Source: a gamma proteobacterium SCGC AAA007-O20
GTDB taxonomy: Bacteria; Pseudomonadota; Gammaproteobacteria; PS1; Pseudothioglobaceae
Assembly (NCBI GenBank): GCA_000213395.2
Contig: AFHY01000001.1
Coordinates: 22,227-86,226 of the forward strand
Direction of reading: 5' to 3'
DNA: 64,000 nucleotides
Part shown: positions 60,780 to 64,000 of the stretch, one piece after another
Position numbering within the stretch: the stretch's first letter is position 1
Layout of the letters: each line of letters starts with the position of its first letter
The notes under the pieces: model-generated
What the model was told of the DNA's origin: nothing
What the model saw: the letters and a program-made list of their open reading frames with translations, nothing else
The model's database searches: none
Position numbers and translations under genes: made by a program

Positions 60780-62309
60780 TCATACTAGTTGAAGTTTTTC
60801 AAGAATTTTAACCATAGCCAAAGTATCAAGTCTACAATACTCAATCAATGATTTTCTTATTCTCATAATTTTTTCCGGATCTTCAATTTCACTAAGAACT
60901 GCAAAGGCTTGCATTGCCTCACTGCCATCATGTACTAAATCCAGTTCTTTATAAGCTTCAGCCATTTGAGGTACAAGAAGTGGCAATACAATCTTGATAC
61001 TGTGCTTTCCTTTCATCTCTGGTAGATAATAATATCTTTTTTGAAATGGTATGGCTATGTCAATAATATTTTCACTAATACTTAACAAATGATCCTCATA
61101 CTGACCAAATTGTTTAGCTAAACCTTTGAGAACCATTTGCTCAAAACTAGCATTAAAAGCAAGTATTGTTGCATTCATTGGTATATCTTTTATAAGTTGT
61201 TTTACAAGTTTCTCTCGAGGATCAGAACCTTCCTTCCCAAGAAATTCTTTATGCTCGAGAGTTTGATTATTTTGCTCTATGTGAACAGAATATTGAAATG
61301 GAATTTGTTGGAATGGACTAATTCCTTTGAATTCTGGAATTGGCTGTTGGAATGTCTCAAAATCTAAATAGTAAAAGGGATAGCTTAGCGAACTTAGAAA
61401 TAAAGCAAGCTTTTTCCTGTTAATTTTAGGTTTCTTGTCTATTGTAGATTCACTAGCATCAATATCCAATTGCTGTTTATCAGTGAGTTGAAATGATGCG
61501 GGTATCTCATCTATATTAACAATTCCTTGATGATAAAGCTCTAATGCCTTTGATTTTTTTGTAAGCGGGAAAATATTAAATACTGAATATTCTGGTATTT
61601 TTCTTTGCACTCTCCAGCAATATTCAGACGCATCACATTTATAAGGATTTTTGCAGTGCCATCCAATATCGATGTCTGGCTCTTTCTCTTGTTGATTGAG
61701 TGCTCCTCTAAAAGACTCCAATGTATCCGGAATTCTATCTTGCAAAGATATGACTTCATTAGTTACTATTTGATGTATGAATAAATCATTAATATCGAGC
61801 TCATCACCTCTAATATAGTCTCCATTTAATAGTGTAACAGCTGCTTTGGATATATATAGACCGCAACCATTTAATACGTAATATTGAATTGAAACATCTT
61901 TGATATAGGTATCAATGTCTTTTAATTTTTTCTTTGAATTCCAACTGGAACTTTTAACCTCATAGATTTCAAAATTACCATTACTATCCCTATTTAGGAT
62001 ATCGACCATCACCAACACTCCGTCAAACTCGAAGGTAGCCTCATAGATAGTGCTTACACCATCCACAATCCACTGTTTGGTTAACGCAATTCTTTGATCA
62101 CGAACTGTATCTTCAAATGATATTCTTTTTCCATTTGGAAAAAGGTTGCAAGCAAGTGCACCAACCTTTCTACCTGTTTCAAAAATTTGCGAAATAGCAT
62201 TATCTTCATCTTCTAATACATTGCTATTATTTATCTTAAGCCAAAGAGATTTTTCACATTGAAGTCCTCTAAGGTATAGAGATTTTGTAAGTAATTTTTC
62301 TTTAACCAT
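60780..62309 (-). CDS. DUF2779 protein: Cas4/RecB-like PD-(D/E)XK nuclease plus RNase H-like exonuclease domain
   Basis: LQCEK..W, VDIL...EIYEVKSS, HCKNPYKC....YC; YLDFETF, QQIPFQYS.H, AFNASFE, SIK.VLP, YCRLDT. Confidence 0.8.
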   Translation of the reverse strand: MVKEKLLTKSLYLRGLQCEKSLWLKINNSNVLEDEDNAISQIFETGRKVGALACNLFPNGKRISFEDTVRDQRIALTKQWIVDGVSTIYEATFEFDGVLVMVDILNRDSNGNFEIYEVKSSSWNSKKKLKDIDTYIKDVSIQYYVLNGCGLYISKAAVTLLNGDYIRGDELDINDLFIHQIVTNEVISLQDRIPDTLESFRGALNQQEKEPDIDIGWHCKNPYKCDASEYCWRVQRKIPEYSVFNIFPLTKKSKALELYHQGIVNIDEIPASFQLTDKQQLDIDASESTIDKKPKINRKKLALFLSSLSYPFYYLDFETFQQPIPEFKGISPFQQIPFQYSVHIEQNNQTLEHKEFLGKEGSDPREKLVKQLIKDIPMNATILAFNASFEQMVLKGLAKQFGQYEDHLLSISENIIDIAIPFQKRYYYLPEMKGKHSIKIVLPLLVPQMAEAYKELDLVHDGSEAMQAFAVLSEIEDPEKIMRIRKSLIEYCRLDTLAMVKILEKLQLV

Positions 62310-62386
62310 TAATCTGCCAAAAAAATAATTGATATAGTTCGAATATACACTTATTAATAATTTAGAATAAATATTATATGTCTAGT

Positions 62387-64000
62387 ATGAAAAAACTACT
62401 CCTACTCCTATTCTTGGTAATGATTTTATTTACCTTTTATAGTGAAATTAAATCTTACTATTACAGTAATGAGCAGATAAAGTCAGAGGAAAATTACAAA
62501 GACAACAATGCAGGTCACAATTTTACTCGTTGGTATGACTGGGCAAATCCTCAGAATCAGATATGGCGGGAGTTAAATCATTTAGACGTTCAAGTATTAC
62601 AAGATTCTTCTAGATTAGATGGCAAGCGGAGTTATTCGCATGAGAATGGTCAAATAGGGATTGAGTTAAATTACAAAGACGGCAAGTATGATGGCAAGTC
62701 GACTTGGTGGTATAAGAATGGTCAGAAGAAGTATGAGGTAAATTTCAAAGACGGCAAGGAAGATGGCAAATGGAGCAATTGGAATGAGAATGGTAAGATA
62801 GGGTCAGAAGCAAATTACAAGGACGGCAAGTTAAATGGAAAATATACTAAGTGGTATGAGAATGGTCAGAAAGAGTTTGAGAAAAATTATATAGACAGTC
62901 AATCATTCAGTGATTGGTCTGGAGCAAATGGCAAGTGGACTTGGTGGTATGAAAATGGTCAGAAGAGTTTTGAACAAAATTGGAAAGATGGCGAGGAAGA
63001 TGGAAAATGGAGTAATTGGCATAAGAATGGCCAGATATGGCGGGAGGAAAATTACAAAGACGGCAAGTATGATGGCAAGCACACTCAGTGGTATAAAAAT
63101 GGTCAGAAGAAGTATGAGTACAATTACAAAAACAGCAAGGAAGATGGCAAGCACACTTATTGGTATGCGAATGGTCAGATAGAAGAGGAGAAAAATTTTA
63201 AAGATGGAGAAATAGATAAGTGGGCTAAGTGGTACGAAAATAGTCAGATAAAGTTAGAGGTAAATTACAAAGACGGTAAGCAGACTACCTGGTATGAGAA
63301 TGGTCAGATAAAGTTAGAGGTAAATTACAAAGACGGTAAGCAGACTACCTGGTATGAGAATGGTCAGATAGAAGAGGAGAAAAATTTGAAAGACGACAAG
63401 GCAGCTGCTGAAGCGCCTTACCGACAAGAACTTGCAGAGCTGTATTGTGAGAAAGACAATAGGGATCTAAGCTTTATTACATTTGAGGGCACAAATAAGA
63501 GAATATCAACTGGAAAATGTCAGTTTGGTGATTATCAAATTGAATTTTATCAACATGTAGGCTTGGTTCATAGGTGTTATAACCAGAACGCTTTTTGTGG
63601 GATTAAATCTGATAGGAAAGGCATTACTGACGATTTACCAGTCATAGTTAAAGATATAAACGGTAATGTTGTTGCAACAAATATAGATAGTGAATTTGAT
63701 GCTCCAGTAATTGAATTGTTTCGAGTGCCGACAAGTTTCCCTTATATGGTGTTGAGAACAAACATAGGTGGTGCTCGTTCACTTGCTGGTCTCCATTTTT
63801 TCACTGCAGACCCTAGTTTTAAACTAGTTGCATCGATAGAGGATGTTAGTGGCTGGCGTGATGATGGCAAGTATGTATACTCTAATGAGCATGGCGAATG
63901 GCTGGTTGACAAGTACATAACAGTTGCTACGCCACACGGTTCAGCGCTTAGCGATTGGTTGCATTTTTGGGTGGCTTATAAATTCGTTGATGATCACCTT
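62387..64000 (+). CDS. Secreted or membrane-anchored MORN-variant repeat protein (YwqK-like), 3' truncated by window
   Basis: Hand translation: MKKLLLLLFLVMILFTF leader, about 12 WYENGQ..E.NYKDGK.DGK repeats, then a unique C-terminal region; no stop up to 64000, hence absent from the ORF track. Confidence 0.85.
   Translation, partial: MKKLLLLLFLVMILFTFYSEIKSYYYSNEQIKSEENYKDNNAGHNFTRWYDWANPQNQIWRELNHLDVQVLQDSSRLDGKRSYSHENGQIGIELNYKDGKYDGKSTWWYKNGQKKYEVNFKDGKEDGKWSNWNENGKIGSEANYKDGKLNGKYTKWYENGQKEFEKNYIDSQSFSDWSGANGKWTWWYENGQKSFEQNWKDGEEDGKWSNWHKNGQIWREENYKDGKYDGKHTQWYKNGQKKYEYNYKNSKEDGKHTYWYANGQIEEEKNFKDGEIDKWAKWYENSQIKLEVNYKDGKQTTWYENGQIKLEVNYKDGKQTTWYENGQIEEEKNLKDDKAAAEAPYRQELAELYCEKDNRDLSFITFEGTNKRISTGKCQFGDYQIEFYQHVGLVHRCYNQNAFCGIKSDRKGITDDLPVIVKDINGNVVATNIDSEFDAPVIELFRVPTSFPYMVLRTNIGGARSLAGLHFFTADPSFKLVASIEDVSGWRDDGKYVYSNEHGEWLVDKYITVATPHGSALSDWLHFWVAYKFVDDHL
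63243..63370 (+). repeat. Exact 60-bp tandem duplication (about 2.1 copies) inside the MORN gene
   Basis: GTCAGATAAAGTTAGAGGTAAATTACAAAGACGGTAAGCAGACTACCTGGTATGAGAATG occurs twice in tandem. Confidence 0.95.

Noticed and set aside
468-61759. Numerous 60-140 aa track ORFs overlapping larger genes
   Set aside because: Antisense or alternative-frame shadows of well-supported CDSs, with no recognisable motifs
62903-63182. Track ORFs 62903..63154 (-) and 62910..63182 (+)
   Set aside because: Alternative-frame shadows of the MORN gene
62640-63370. Periodic repeats as a CRISPR array or DGR template
   Set aside because: The repeats are in-frame coding MORN units without unique spacers; no cas or reverse transcriptase gene is in the window

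Overview
AT-rich bacterial chromosome segment. Gene content and compact organisation suggest a marine gammaproteobacterium of the SUP05/Thioglobaceae type (inference, not checked by search). 1-13.5 kb: accessory small-molecule catabolism (two Rieske oxygenases, 2-hydroxyacid dehydrogenase, glycerate kinase, glyoxalase, dadA-alr), an in-frame glyA/GDPD chimera and a frameshifted peroxiredoxin. 13.6-16.4 kb: creBC-like two-component system whose cre-tag-like boxes point at an unannotated divergent unit (two small ORFs flanking a two-hairpin RNA with CUCC loops). 16.5-45.4 kb: large C2-sulfonate supercluster (etfBA/ETF-QO, TTT transporter, fused SauS-SauT, pta, aceA-aceK, tpa-ald-xsc, tauR, tauABC plus a GcvT-family dehydrogenase), with candidate operators visible for three regulators. 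45.5-60.7 kb: housekeeping genes (rib/nusB, ABC-F, ftsW-murG, bioB, glnA, hemF, xerC, htpG, trmJ, suhB). The right end holds a Cas4-like/exonuclease (DUF2779) gene and a secreted mosaic MORN-repeat gene running off the window. No rRNA, tRNA, CRISPR array or transposase was seen.
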